A stretch of 64,000 nt of DNA from Octopus bimaculoides (taxonomy: Eukaryota): the NCBI RefSeq assembly GCF_001194135.2, contig NC_068987.1:81594829-81658828 (forward strand), read 5' to 3'. The translations under genes and the position numbers were made by a program. Positions within the stretch are counted from its first letter, which is position 1; each line of letters opens with the position of its first letter. The notes beneath the pieces were generated by a model. It was not told the DNA's origin. It ran no database searches and saw only the letters and a program-made list of their open reading frames with translations. Of the stretch, positions 37,815-51,085 are shown in pieces.

Positions 37815-39763
37815 TATGCATTTCTCTTTTCATGCTAATGAAAGCATACGCAAATGTGCATTTATTCACCTGCATTTCTTTTTTTTTTTTTTTTTTTTTC
37901 CAACTACAGATCCATTTGTAGTTTTAATTTTCTCTTTTATTCACTTTATCATACTTGTTGGCTTTGAAATAATTGACGGTGTCTCGCTTGTTTCCTTTTA
38001 TGTTGTTATTTGTGTTGACATCTTCCTCCACACTCCAACCAGCACTTGGTGTGTGGGTCATAAACAAGCCGCTCTACTTTCATTTGCTATGAACAGTATA
38101 AGATGATCAGAGTATAAAACAATTAAAATGAAGTAGAGATAGAACAGGGAAATGAGGTTAAAAGTTGCTTTTTTTTTGTTTTAATTTTATTCAGCACTTA
38201 TAGAAAAATGTCATAGAATTCTATAATGAAATAGGCTTTTCATTCTTTTTTTTTTTTGTTACCATAAAGACCATCTAAAACTGTCTATAGAAAATGGTAT
38301 GTGTTTCGAGAAATCGGTAATTGAATGAGGGTGGGAAGGAATGAATTATTGTGCTAATGATCATCAATATTCATCAGTCTTATAAACTAAAATGGGCACA
38401 TGCACATAAACACACACACATATTCATATATATATATATATATATATAAATGTATATATATATANNNNNNNNNNNNNNNNNNNNNNNNNNNNNNNNNNNN
38501 NNNNNNNNNNNNNNNNNNNNNNNNNNNNNNNNNNNNNNNNNNNNNNNNNNNNNNNNNNNNNNNNNNNNNNNNNNNNNNNNNNNNNNNNNNNNNNNNNNNN
38601 NNNNNNNNNNNNNNNNNNNNNNNNNNNNNNNNNNNNNNNNNNNNNNNNNNNNNNNNNNNNNNNNNNNNNNNNNNNNNNNNNNNNNNNNNNNNNNNNNNNN
38701 NNNNNNNNNNNNNNNNNNNNNNNNNNNNNNNNNNNNNNNNNNNNNNNNNNNNNNNNNNNNNNNNNNNNNNNNNNNNNNNNNNNNNNNNNNNNNNNTATAT
38801 ATAGGGTGCGATGGGTAAATTGTCGCCACTTTATATTTTTATTTTGTACATATGCATCATTTGTATTTGATTTTGTCAACTACACAGCGTAGTAGGGTCA
38901 GTTGGGCACTGTCTGTGAGAAAAACAGCAGCAATTCCACCAGCCAGAAATTTCAAAACGATATGCTGTACTGCAGAAGATTAAGTGCCAGGCTTTAAAAA
39001 AATAAATAAATACTGGTCTTGATTCATTTGACTAAAAATTCTTCAAAACAGTGCCCCAGCATGGCCGCATTCTAATGGGTGAAACAAGTAAAAAATAAAG
39101 GGTAAAAGATATATATACACACGCATTTATCAGTTGTTGTTTGTTTATATTTCACTCCTTTTCTTTTTTCCAAAGCATTTGATATTCGTTCATGTTATGT
39201 CCCTAAAAATACTTTTGCTTCCTCCAATCTAGGTTTCTCAATGAGTATATATTTTTTTATTTTCTTTAAAGCTTGGTTTCAACAGATTCTTTTCTGTTGT
39301 TACATTTCCATGGTAACAAGCATGTAAGGCGAAGATGTTTTTATTTATACACTTTCCTTTTTTTCTGTTTTGCTCACATCAGAACATGTGGTGTATGTAT
39401 GAAGTGTGTGTGTCTGTGTATGTGTGTGTGTGTATTTGTGTGTGTGTGTATGTGTGTCTGTGTTGACTAATTGTTTTTGTACTTATTTTATCTTTATTGC
39501 TTTGTTATTTTAATGGTAGGTTGTCATTGGAGTGGGATTGTTAACCCACTCATATCTCATACTACGTATGTGGGTGGGTGCCTGCTTTCTGTATTTGTCT
39601 AGCTTCTGTAATCTGTTGTAAGGTTGGGTCTTTTGGGTATCTAGAAAAAATGTTTACTTCAACATTATATACTTATATATGTATCTATGTGTATATGTGT
39701 GTGTGTGTACATATGTATGTGTGCATGCATGTATGTATGTATGTTATTTATACACAGAAAAAA

Positions 39764-39817
<54 letters not shown>

Positions 39818-39889
39818 TGTCTGGACAAGTTACCCTCCCTTCAGTGTGCAGCACATTTATGTATATCATTTTCATAAAATTCTTAAGTG

Positions 39890-40050
39890 ATAAGGTACAG
39901 ACATGGCTGTGTGCTAAGAAGTCTGCTTCCCAAACTACAGGTTCAGGTTCACTCCCACTTAACCATGGGAAAGTGTCTTCTACTGTAGCCTTGTGATTGG
40001 ATCTGGTAAACAGAAACTGAAAGAAGACCGGCATGTGTGTGTGTGTGTTA
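39890..40050 (+). mobile_element. SINE family A (5' half)
   Basis: Head and core. Confidence 0.75.
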
Positions 40051-40149
40051 CTGCTTCCTTACTTTCACATCACATAATTGTTATAAGTGAATGTCACTGT
40101 CATACAACCAGTGTCATTCATTTTCAATTTTTTATGGAAACCTATCTGA

Positions 40150-40387
40150 TCATCTGATCATAGGGAGTTTACATTCCAAAATCACAGGTGCTACATTCCA
40201 AAACCCCCTGCAATAGGTGAAAATCTGTGACGTAGAAACAGTACTGTACTGTATATTTAGTATTATTATTATTATAATTTGTATATATCTATTTTATTAT
40301 AAATGCAAAACAACACCACGGAGGAATTAGCGTAAGCTTAAATAATAAACTGTGATAGGTGAACCATGATATGGCAAGGGATTACTG
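40150..40387. mobile_element. Tigger/pogo-like MITE
   Basis: Right TIR gtgaaccatgatatggcaagggattactg|TA; interior shared with 34254-34361. Confidence 0.65.
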
Positions 40388-41150
40388 TATAATGTTATGG
40401 TTGGAGACAGGAAGGGTATCCAGTCATAGAAAATCTGCTTCAACAAATTCCTTCTGACCCATACTAATATGGAAAAGTGGACGTTAAAACAATGAGAATG
40501 ATGATTAGGATTATTGTGATCCATGATACATTAGATTGTGTATTGCTTGTACACTAAAGTTCTTGTTTCTTTGTATTGGTCAAATGTGGTTTCTAAATAT
40601 TGATTTACGATTTTTATTTCACTACAATGTCTTCTATGTATGCTGTTGATCAGTATCACCTTAATGCATTGTCACTTTGAGTAGTTACATAGAAGGGGGT
40701 CCAGTGCTAATCTACATGTAGCTGTATCTGTATGGAACACAATGTATTGCTTTACTCTTAGATCTCTTATCTGTTAAGGGAACCTTGCTGTGAATGCTGT
40801 AGAAGTGTATATCTATAATACATTAAAAATGATGTGCAATCTTGCTTGCTTGCTTACTTGCAATGTTACACAGCCGAATTTGCACATAATGGGAAAATAC
40901 TTTGAATGTAAAGTGACCCTGAAATGTGAATCCAAATGGAATAAAACAAGCTTCATGTAAATTGCACCAGTGGTTATTGAGATATTTGGGAATTTGGAGA
41001 TATAAATACCCAAAACAGTGCATAATGGGAAAATACTCCAAAAATAACTTAACCCTGAAAGGGAAGCAAGTTTCGCTTTTTAGATGTCATTGCATTGCTT
41101 TTCCTTTGTTTAGCTCCAAGTAAACCCTGATTGAGCAGACCTATATGTGA

Positions 41151-41502
41151 CCCTTTAGCATTCAGATAGCTCTCCCAAATGTAATTGTAATTTATTCAGT
41201 TTTTAAAATTAATTATATATTATCTTGTAGCTTCAAGATTTTGAAGATGTGATGGTTTATTTTAGAAATTACATTTTAGAGTAGATGTGAGCACTAGCGT
41301 AGCTAAAGTGGGTGCCATCCCCGAACCCCACGAGAAACACACATTGCCTACAACAGGATGAAAAGTGCCGCCTAGAGCTGACCACCCCTACTACCACCAC
41401 TCCAGCTCTGCTAGTGGGTATGAGAGACCAGACCTAGTTTGTTTTGAACATAAAACTTGTTGAATGTTTGGGCCAGTTATGATCAGTTTAAATGTTAGAG
41501 GA
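41151..41502 (+). mobile_element. piggyBac-like MITE carrying a nested hAT MITE
   Basis: ccctttagcatt...aatgttagagga|TTAA; homologous to the reverse copy at 61241-61435. Confidence 0.7.
41292..41416. mobile_element. hAT (Tip100-like) MITE, 125 bp
   Basis: TIR cactagcgtagct / agctctgctagtg (11/13); 8-bp TSD gatgtgag / ggtatgag (6/8). Confidence 0.75.
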
Positions 41503-41989
41503 TTAAAGGCATTTCAGCAACAAACCTCTTCATTATTCAATATATGTTCTTGCCTTTTATTAAGACTGTGGAGTGTGATTTGCTGTTGGAAGTAATGATG
41601 AAACATCTGGATACTAAAATCTTTATTCAACAACTTAAGCTACGGCTCAACTCTACATGATTCATCATTTGTCAAAGAAGGCCATATCTCAACAGTCACA
41701 CTCCTTTAAGAAAAAGAATCCAGCAATAAACTTATAAGATTTCATATTAATAAGTCTCAGATGAAATCTTTCTGGTGGCTCGATCATTTTCTTTGAATAG
41801 CAAAGTTTTTTAATAGGAGTGGTAGGGTATGACCAGGATTGGTGAAATAATTTCACTGCCTTTACTATAAAAAAGATTTCTCTCTTGAGAAATAGTATTG
41901 TAGTGGAATGACTAATGCGAGTTGGGAGTGTTGCTGAGATTAGGATTTGCTAAATTCAACTTCAGCAGCTTAACTCTTTTACTTGGAAG

Positions 41990-44500
41990 TATCAGGCATT
42001 ATGACAAATCCTAAAGGAAGAAACAACAGTGTCTCCACATTACTTTTCTGAACAAAACAAGCTTGTCATTACATTTGATTACTTCAATTTACTCTAAGAT
42101 AAGATTGTCGTAGTATGTATGCACACATGCCTCTTTTTCACAAGAACTGGAGGTCAGAAGAAATTAACCAAGAAAGTAGGGAGACACCAACTGGAATAAT
42201 GCACTTAAAAAGCATAAAACATTCATGAAATGTCACATTGGTTGCAGTTGAGGTATGAAATTGAATTGAGTGGAATACTCTAAAAACGAACATAGGATTC
42301 TGGAAGTTTCTGGAATCAATAGGATCCTGGAAGTTTCTTACTCATAGATTGATTTCTTCTTATGTACTGTCCTGATTTTTAATTGTAAAATATGGATTTG
42401 CTTTGCACAATCCCCTGTTGTTTTAGAACATTTCTAACTTTTGTAATCATAAATGAAATGTCTCGATCACTGTGGATATTGCTAGGAATTTCAAATATAG
42501 AAAGTAGCTCTTTGTGGCATTGAACAATGGATTGAAGAATGGTATCCATACAAGAGAACACAGACAGCTAACTATCACTAATTGGTATTTGTTTCAAGAT
42601 GTTAATTATTTACTTCCCATAAAATCCAACGTGATGTGTTCCATAGCATTTAGTAGACTTTGTGAAAACTTAATCTGTCAAATTGTAAAGTTTGAGTTTT
42701 AGTTCAGAACATAATCATGAATCATATCAGACTTTACAAATGTCTTTAATTGAAAAAGTAGGATTGTTCTTATTACATAATGTAATTCTTCTCGCATGAA
42801 AATGTTGAAGGAATTTATAAATTGATTGAGTAAACTGGCACATTTGAGACAAGGCATCAGCACGCCCATTTCTTTTCCACACCAATAAATATTCTCAAAA
42901 CTACAGGAAAGCAAGTTTTATTCTTTAGCACAATATTTTGTCGTTCTTTCTCGTGCATATACAGAATTTATAAAACATAAGCTGGATGCTCTGTCAGTCT
43001 ACCCAACATCCTTTACATGTTCCCTCAACAATTGCAGCAGCTTCTTAATGGGAGATTAGAAAACATTACTTTTAAGAAAAATGTGAGGGAAATAGGCAAT
43101 AGAGTGTCCACCTTGTGATAGCATTGAAGCAACAGAAGTGTCTAATGTCTTAGTCTCAACTGTGAATGGGATAGAATTGTATATGGCAGAGAGGCAAACA
43201 TTTTGTCAACCTTAATATTTTGGGAGTTGTTAATAGCTTAAAGGAAGTGAAAATATGATACACATCATTATAGGTCTTGAAACAAAAAACATGCTGCCTA
43301 TTTGCAAGTTTCTTTTTAGGAGAAAAAATTTGGGAGCAGTTGAGTAAATGTATCTTGTCAAAATAAGGAGTTATGCAGTGGCCTTGAATGTTGTGTCCAA
43401 TGAATTTTATGCTTATTTTACTCTCAGATTTCTGTTATAAGCTCCCTTAGAGTTATTGCTTATGATGATGTCATCAAATACAAGTTGGTAGATTTAAGGT
43501 TATTTAGTGAGATAATTTGGGCTTATCTCTCCTTGAAAACACACTACAACATTTGTAAGACCAAATGAAAGTTTTGTATACTGATACAATTCCATAAAGG
43601 CTTAAAAGGCAGTATAACAGTGGTCTTTCATTACCAATAGTAGCTGATAATAGCCATGTTTTGTATTAATGTTGCTAAAATATGAATGCAAAGTATTTAT
43701 CAATTCATCAACGAAAGTTACTGGAAAAACATTAAGAGTATGAACGTTAATAGTGAAGAGAAATCAATGACAAGACATCGTTTGTAACTTGTGTTTAGTG
43801 ATTTTATGACTTAAGCTCTCCACAGTGAGTTGCTGTCTTCTATGATGTCTTCTTTGAACTGGTAATTTAGTGAGGGGTATAACTTTAGGTTGGCAGAATT
43901 TGACAACAGTAAAGGACTTTCCAGACCATGGAATTTAAATGCTAAAGAAGAATAGCGAGGCATGAAAATCTGCCATAGTATCAAACCAGAGCAGAGATTG
44001 GGCATAACTAATAGCAACTGCTGTTTGTACAACTTCTTAGCACATCTAATATCATTTTCACATATTCTCATGATATAGAAACAAAACTCTGTAGACACCA
44101 ACTCCATTTGCCTATCAATAGTCTAATGACTAAATCATTCCACTTAGCAATAAAATTGCCAGTGCTTTTACTATTAACCAAAGCTGGCATTGATTGATGG
44201 TTAATTACAACATATATGAGTGCACAAGATGAAAGGTGTTCCTATTCCAATAAAGCAGAAGAACTTAAGTTGAAGAAATTAATGAATAGGAAATTAGTTT
44301 ACCTAGTTAATTTGATGTCCTAAGCATTTAATTTGTGATTTATACAATCAAAGATTGCCTTTTTCAACACTTGTGACACATAGCATTTCTGTGTATTTTT
44401 TCTTACTCTGTCTAAAGAAACAAAGTAACCATTTTTTGGAAACAACTGCTGAAATAGGTTTTTGCTTGGTGTCATCATTTAGCTGTTATGTTTAGCAGAT
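41990..44500 (-). mobile_element. Decayed Ty3/Gypsy gag-pol (zinc knuckle, protease, RT, RNase H, integrase)
   Basis: Minus-strand motifs in Gypsy order: CHKC*K (~44350), ALVNSKSTGNFI, KEDIIEDSNSLWRA, SFGLTN..YFDDII (YxDD), SQGGHSIAYF / EAAAIVE, GKE..ADALS, ITLDFMG..NKYQLVIV, IPSNIHSDRDISFM..FYN. Many stops and frameshifts; no LTRs seen. Confidence 0.88.
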
Positions 44501-44554
44501 TGAGTAGCTTCATAGAAACTTCTCCATTTACTTGTTAATTGGAATTGTTATTTT

Positions 44555-44708
44555 GTTATTTTGTTATAAGTTAAGAAGCTCGTTTTGCACCCATGTGGTT
44601 TCATGTTCAGTCCCACTGAGTGGCACCTTAAGCAAGTGACTTCTACTATATTCCTGGATCCACCAATGCCTTGTGAGTGAATCTGGCAGATGGAAACTGA
44701 AAGATGTT

Positions 44709-44765
<57 letters not shown>

Positions 44766-45042
44766 CATAAATACATACATATATATATGCATGCATGTAT
44801 GTATGTATATATCTATGTGTGTGTATGTCTGTATCTGTGTCTGTCGCCCATCATCACTTGACAACCGGTGGTGGTGGGTTTATGTCCCTGTAACTTAGCG
44901 GTTCAGCAAAATTGACAGATAAAATAAGTACTTGGCTTCAAAAAATTAGTCCTAGAGACAATTTGTTTGACTAAAACCTTTCAAGGGTGTGCTCCAGCAT
45001 GGCCACAGTCCATTGACTGAAATGAGTAAAATATAAAAGATG
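44555..45042 (+). mobile_element. SINE family A with expanded internal (TA)n
   Basis: Head, core, microsatellite, tail. Confidence 0.85.
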
Positions 45043-45329
45043 CCATGGAAGCATTTTTACTTTTGTACCCAAATGTATGCATTGACATCTTCCCAGCAAC
45101 GGTGCGTGTGAGTGTTGTAAGTTGATCAGACAGTTGATGAAATTAATATTAATGTTATTACATAAATGCATTTCATGTTAATTGATTAGATGTATGCTAT
45201 CGGGGTTTCTTCATGTTTAGTTTGTTCTGCCTTATTGGAGTGTTTAGGGAATCTGAGATGTCCTGTGTTCGAAGTGTAGCATCTATTGTTTCTTGCATGA
45301 TGACAGTGAAATTTTTTTTTTTGTGATGA

Positions 45330-45740
45330 TGAAATTCTTTAATCTCATGAAAGATTCCATTCAAAGGGCAAACTGTATAGTTTTATATGTGAAGAAAAAA
45401 ATGAAGTTGCATACTTGTGGTATATCAGCATTGAATGTGAAAATCTATGCAGACTGGAGAGATATGTGTCAAATGCAATCCATTAGTTGCAGAAAGATAA
45501 CACACTTAAAAGCAAAGTGCAATTGATGCATTAAAGACATCAGCTGATATGTGCAAGGGTGTATCTGTACTATTGTACTAGTAGAGATTGTGATATGAAT
45601 GCTTGTTTAACACTGTCTAGTTAAAAGCAAGTGTGATCATCTGATTGCAGATATTAATCATAGCAAAGGGAGATCAAAAACGTTGGGAAGAAACTGATTT
45701 TTTTTTTTTTTTTGGTGGCTGTGACCTTTACAAGACACCC
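45330..45740 (+). mobile_element. Decayed RTE LINE C-terminal fragment
   Basis: KGKLY (KGRLY-like), RLER, KGRSKTLG (GRP.KTW-like). Confidence 0.5.
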
Positions 45741-45939
45741 TAAACAGAAATGAATGATGCACCTTGGAAAGTATGGGTGAGGAGGAGAACAGGGATCTAG
45801 TCCAAATGCTTACAATGGAGTGAACTCAGCTACATGCATTCTGGGACCAGACAGTAGTGTCAAAACTGACAGCATTGCCAGGCCTGCCACTCGGCTTATT
45901 GAATTCATATATAAGATTAGTTAAACTGAGAGAAATCTT

Positions 45940-46121
45940 TTATTTGTTTCAGTCATTGGACCATGGCCATGCTGGAGCACCACCTTGATGGGTTTAGTCA
46001 AAAAGTATAACCCATTACATTTTTAAGTCTGGTACTTATTTTATCAATCTCTTTTGCTAAACTACTAAGTTATGGGAATGTTAACAAAACAACATAAGTT
46101 GTCCAACAGTGGCAGAGGACA

Positions 46122-46161
<40 letters not shown>

Positions 46162-46310
46162 GGGTTTCTACACAGTTTCCACCTACCAAATTCACTTGCA
46201 GGGCATTAGTTCACTCAGGGTTATAGTACAAAACACATCTACAAGGTGCCACATGGTGGGACTGAACCAGAAACCTTGTGGTTGAAAAGTAAGCTTCTTA
46301 ACCATGCAGC
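45940..46310 (-). mobile_element. SINE family A
   Basis: Tail, (CA)n, core and head on minus. Confidence 0.8.
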
Positions 46311-48279
46311 TATATCAATATTGTTATTCTGTAGACCTAAACATCTCATGCCTGATGGAAAAGTAAAACAAAAATGTGATGTTTATTGCTGTTCTCATTA
46401 TTATATAGATTTATCATTTGCATACATAGGTTAATCCTTGACTGCTAGAAAAATATTAAGAATTTTCCATTAAATCTGGAGATTAAGCTGTATATGCAGC
46501 ACTCACTGCCTAGTTCTTATTCCAGTATTTCTGAGACATGATTCTGGCAACTAGGAATCTTTTTTAATCTTCTTCAATGATGAAGTATCCACAAATATGT
46601 TGCATTCCCCTCTTATGTCATAAAAATTTCTTTTTACATAATTCTAATGATTTATCAACAAAACATTAAATAACTAGTTCAAGATTAGTCCTTTTATTCT
46701 TTTACTTTTTTCCAGTCATTGGATCTTACATGGATCCCAGCATTTAGTCTGTTACATTTTATTTCTTGACTAGGTTTACCAATTTTTTTTAGAGTGATGT
46801 CCCTTAAGGCTGTAAATGCCTTGAAAACATTTACATCAATTTACACATGTATGCAGAAATGAAAGTGCACACACATATATGCATGTTTGTATGTATGTTT
46901 GTATGTACACACCAGGCTTACACACATTTTCCATCCACTTCATTTAAATATGTACAGGTCAACTTGAAAATTTTGTTGAAGTCTTACACTCAAAGAGCAA
47001 CACTGTACATTTGAACACAGAACAAGTAATTACAAAGCAAAACTCTAAATTTGACAGCCATACCTGAGCCTATAACGTTAATAAAAATTTTTAATAAATA
47101 TTTATATACTCTAATTTCCTCCTATCACAGTCTCAACTTCATTTTGTTGTATAATATAGTTTTATTATCAATTTGTTTCTTGTTTTTTTTTGTTCTTTTT
47201 TTTAGGGGGAATTTTTCACAATAAACAAGGAAATTATTATTATTTTGTTGTTGCTATTATTATACATAAACGATAATTTCTGAAATGTAGCAGCACTAAA
47301 ATAGATATTGGAATATCAGTGCCAGAGAAAATTGTACTGCTGTCACTCTATCTTCTAAAAAGTTACAAAATAGAACATTTATATTCCATGTGCTAGCTCA
47401 TATAATGATTTACAACAATTTTAAGAGGGAATCAATTTCTCTTGAGATTTATTCATACACTTGCAAGTTTTGATTTCATTTTTTTTTTTAATAAAAATAC
47501 TTTGCTTTAATCACTCAGTTTGAAATACACATTGCAGTAGATTTCTACATTATACTTCACTCAGATTATTGACAAATTACTTTCAGCATGTCTATAATAC
47601 GACATATTGCTGTTGCTCCTGTTGTTTAGTCCCCAAATTAACCCTGATCGAGCAGATTTATGATCAATAAGCAATCCAGCCATGCCTATTCCTTCCTTTT
47701 TTTTCTGGATGCAGTGTACCTAGGGTCACATTATCCAATATATCTTTCCTCCTTCTTTTTTGAGACTATAAAATATAATTGAAGTGTGCTTTGGTTGTTA
47801 TTTCCAGCAGGTTGAGAGAGACATAGACTCACTCACTGGTTTGGCAATACATCTTATGTTCATCTAAGATAAAATTATATTGACGTTGGAAAGTTTCCAT
47901 TTAGAAATCTACTTTTAATTTCGAGAACATAAAATCTATAACATTAAGGTACTAAATTATTCATCATAGAATCTTTATTGTTGTACCGTGTTTCAAGACA
48001 AGGTGCATTCCTTTGCTTGCTAGGAGTCCATATCTACTTCATAATTTAGTAGTTAGCTATTGGAAGGTTATCCAGCTATAAAAAGATTTTTCCCAATAAT
48101 ATATAAATATCTCAATTTAGAAAATAATAACATCCCAGCTGTAACTGTTAGATCCTTCCATAGACTTTCTACAGGGTTGTTTTTTTTTTAAGTATTATAA
48201 TCCCATTCACATACGTCCCAATATATGACAGGTACTTTATTTTATATATCCAAAGAAGATGAAAGATAAATCATTGTCA

Positions 48280-48690
48280 TGGCTGATGCCAGTTTCACAT
48301 AACTGGCACCTGTGCTGGTGACACATAAAAAGCACCATTTGAACGTTGGGCCTCATGGAGGCAGTGACAAGTGACCAAGACCTTTGGTGATATTCTATGC
48401 TTGAGAAGACCGGTCAAACCAAGTGAGATCATAGTCATGGCCAATGCTGGAGTCACATAACTGACGCCCATGCCAGTGGCATGTAAAAAGCATCCACTAC
48501 ACTCTTGGAGTGGTTGGTGTTAGGAAGGGCATCCAGCCATTAAAAAAAACATGCAAAATAAGATTGAAATGTTGTGCAGCTCCCAAGCTTATCAATTTTC
48601 AGTCAAACTATCTAATCCATGCGATCATGGAAAATGGATGCTAAATGATGATGACGACGATGAGAATGATAATGATGATGATGATGAAGT
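48280..48690 (+). mobile_element. Family D repeat
   Basis: Two core units, conserved tail, (GAT)n; inserted in a decayed SINE B. Confidence 0.8.
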
Positions 48691-49499
48691 TACTCTCAGT
48701 AGGATTTGAACTCAAGTTGTAAAGGAACATAACTAAATACTGCAAGACATTCCCTCTGATACTCCAACATTTATTCCCTCTATAGTCTACAGATAAAAAA
48801 AATACATCATCCTTTGGATAGACTTCCTTTCAATTATAGGTAGCACAGCTCTGCAAGCCAACAAATTACTGTTCAGTTTCATAGTGCTACCACTACCAGC
48901 TGAAAGGAAACATACCATCTTTCATTATCTACTTGCAGTTAGTTGGACTACACCATTGAGGGCTAAGTGTCTTTAGTATAAACACATGTCAATGCCAATG
49001 ACAGTTGTCTGATACACTATCAACTTGGCCAGCGATGCTCTCATATCCAATCTCTGATAATATGAAAACATGAATCTGAAAACAGGAAAAAAAAAAAAAG
49101 AAAATGTTTATAGCTTCTGCACTAATATCTATTTTCACTAAAATAAACATAGTTGCAAAACTTTTCTTTTTAGTTAATGCCAACACTACAACACAAATTG
49201 CAATATTTACTTTCTTGTGCAGAATCTGACAGAAAGCAAAAAACCAAACGAACAAACACTGTATTGGTTAATGGAAAGTATTATGTGTCAACCATGGATA
49301 TTTTACACTATTTTCACTTACCGTTTCATAGATACCTGTCACTTCTTCAGTTCTTTTTTCTTTTTTAGCTCTGACATTCTATGATGAAAATGCTCTTACC
49401 ATGAGAGCCTTCCCTTACACACGATTATGGTTATGATTCACATAAGCAAACTTAAATTGCATGAATTTAGTTTACCTGACTTTATTTTAGATCTGCAAC

Positions 49500-49613
49500 G
49501 TATATATGCAATGTGTATGTGTGTGTGTGTGATTTATGATTAGATATGTACGAATGTATATATACATACATGCTTACACACACAGACATACACATGCACA
49601 CACACTCATATAC

Positions 49614-49660
<47 letters not shown>

Positions 49661-49865
49661 TACATACAGTTATACATATATATATATATATATATAATGT
49701 ACATATGCATACATACTTACATACATACATACAAATATACATACATGCATACATACATACATGCATACATCCATCCATCCATATATACATACATACATAC
49801 ATACATACATACATACATACATGCATGCATACATACATATGCATACAATCACATGTATGTGTGTA
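49500..49865. repeat. Compound (CA)/(TA)/(CATA) microsatellite
   Basis: Direct reading. Confidence 0.95.
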
Positions 49866-50619
49866 TTCTTATATAGGATTAATTACTTATGTGGACTATG
49901 ATCGTTTACAAATGGAACCCAGTCTATCCACAGATTAAGGTTATACACACAGATTATATACAACTCTTCCTTCTCTGCCTGTACAATTCCATACTTATGT
50001 TATGTCATGAATGACACTTACTCCAAAGACTAATCTTTTTTAACAAATTTGAGTATGTTTTTAGTAAATAGGATAAAATATTTGCCTGCTGTGTCAATAC
50101 ATACAGAACATGAAATATCTTTTATCTATTTGCTATGCCATTTGTGTTCAAATTTCTGTGTTCTTTTAGCATTATAGCCATCTGAGTAGCTAATCATTTC
50201 TTTTGTATTAAGAGACTCTAAGCCAGTTACTCATACAACCTTGATATTTGTCAAGTTGACTTACCTCATATGCATTTGAGGTTTTTGTTAAAAACTATTA
50301 TTAATTCATTGGTACATGCAGGTCCTAATACTATTGTTAAAGCTTCAAATTCTTATTGAAGAAGAGACTTATTGATTAAATCTCTCTATAAATGTTTTAT
50401 TTGTTTTTTTTTTTTCAATATATTGCTGTTCTTGGGTATTAGATTTTCTACAACCAACTAAAATTCTTTGTTAGAATAGTAAATCAGTTTTATTAATGCT
50501 GTTAGCTGTGAATTAAATAAAATATGCAATGTTGTCTTTCACAATTCTCACATGGAAATTAATTTTATCAAATTTAGAGTTTACTGGAATTACAACTATA
50601 CAGAATATTTTTAATTGGC

Positions 50620-51085
50620 CTTTATCTTTTACTTGTTTCAGTCAATTGAGTGTGGCCATGCTCCATGCTGGGGCACTGCCTTGAAGAATTTTTTATTGAA
50701 TGAATTGACCCCAGTACTTGTTTTTTTTTTCTTTTTAAGACTGGTACTTATTTCATTGGTCTCTTTTTCCGAACTGTTAAGTTATGGGCATGTGGACACA
50801 TAAACACTGGTTGTCAAGTGGTGATAGGGGAGAAACACAGACACATAGATGCATATATGCATGCATGCACATGTGTGCACACACATGCACACAAACACAC
50901 GCACACAGACACACATAATCAACAGGCTCTTTTCAGTTTCTGTCTACCAAATCTGCTCACATAGCTTTGTTTGTCCCAATGCTGTAGTAGAAGACACTTG
51001 CCCATGGTGCCACACAGTTGGACTGAACCAGGAACCATGTGATAAGGAAGCAAACTTCTTGCCACACAACCATACCTGCACCTGT
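50620..51085 (-). mobile_element. SINE family A
   Basis: Near full length on minus. Confidence 0.85.

Noticed and set aside
37905-38055. Minus-strand 45-codon frame with dibasic KR sites (neuropeptide-like)
   Set aside because: No signal peptide, no pyrimidine-rich acceptor; too short to support.
36695-38879. Several 120-430-aa ORFs (also 59490-60565 and 62978-63400)
   Set aside because: Artefacts of N runs and dinucleotide repeats.
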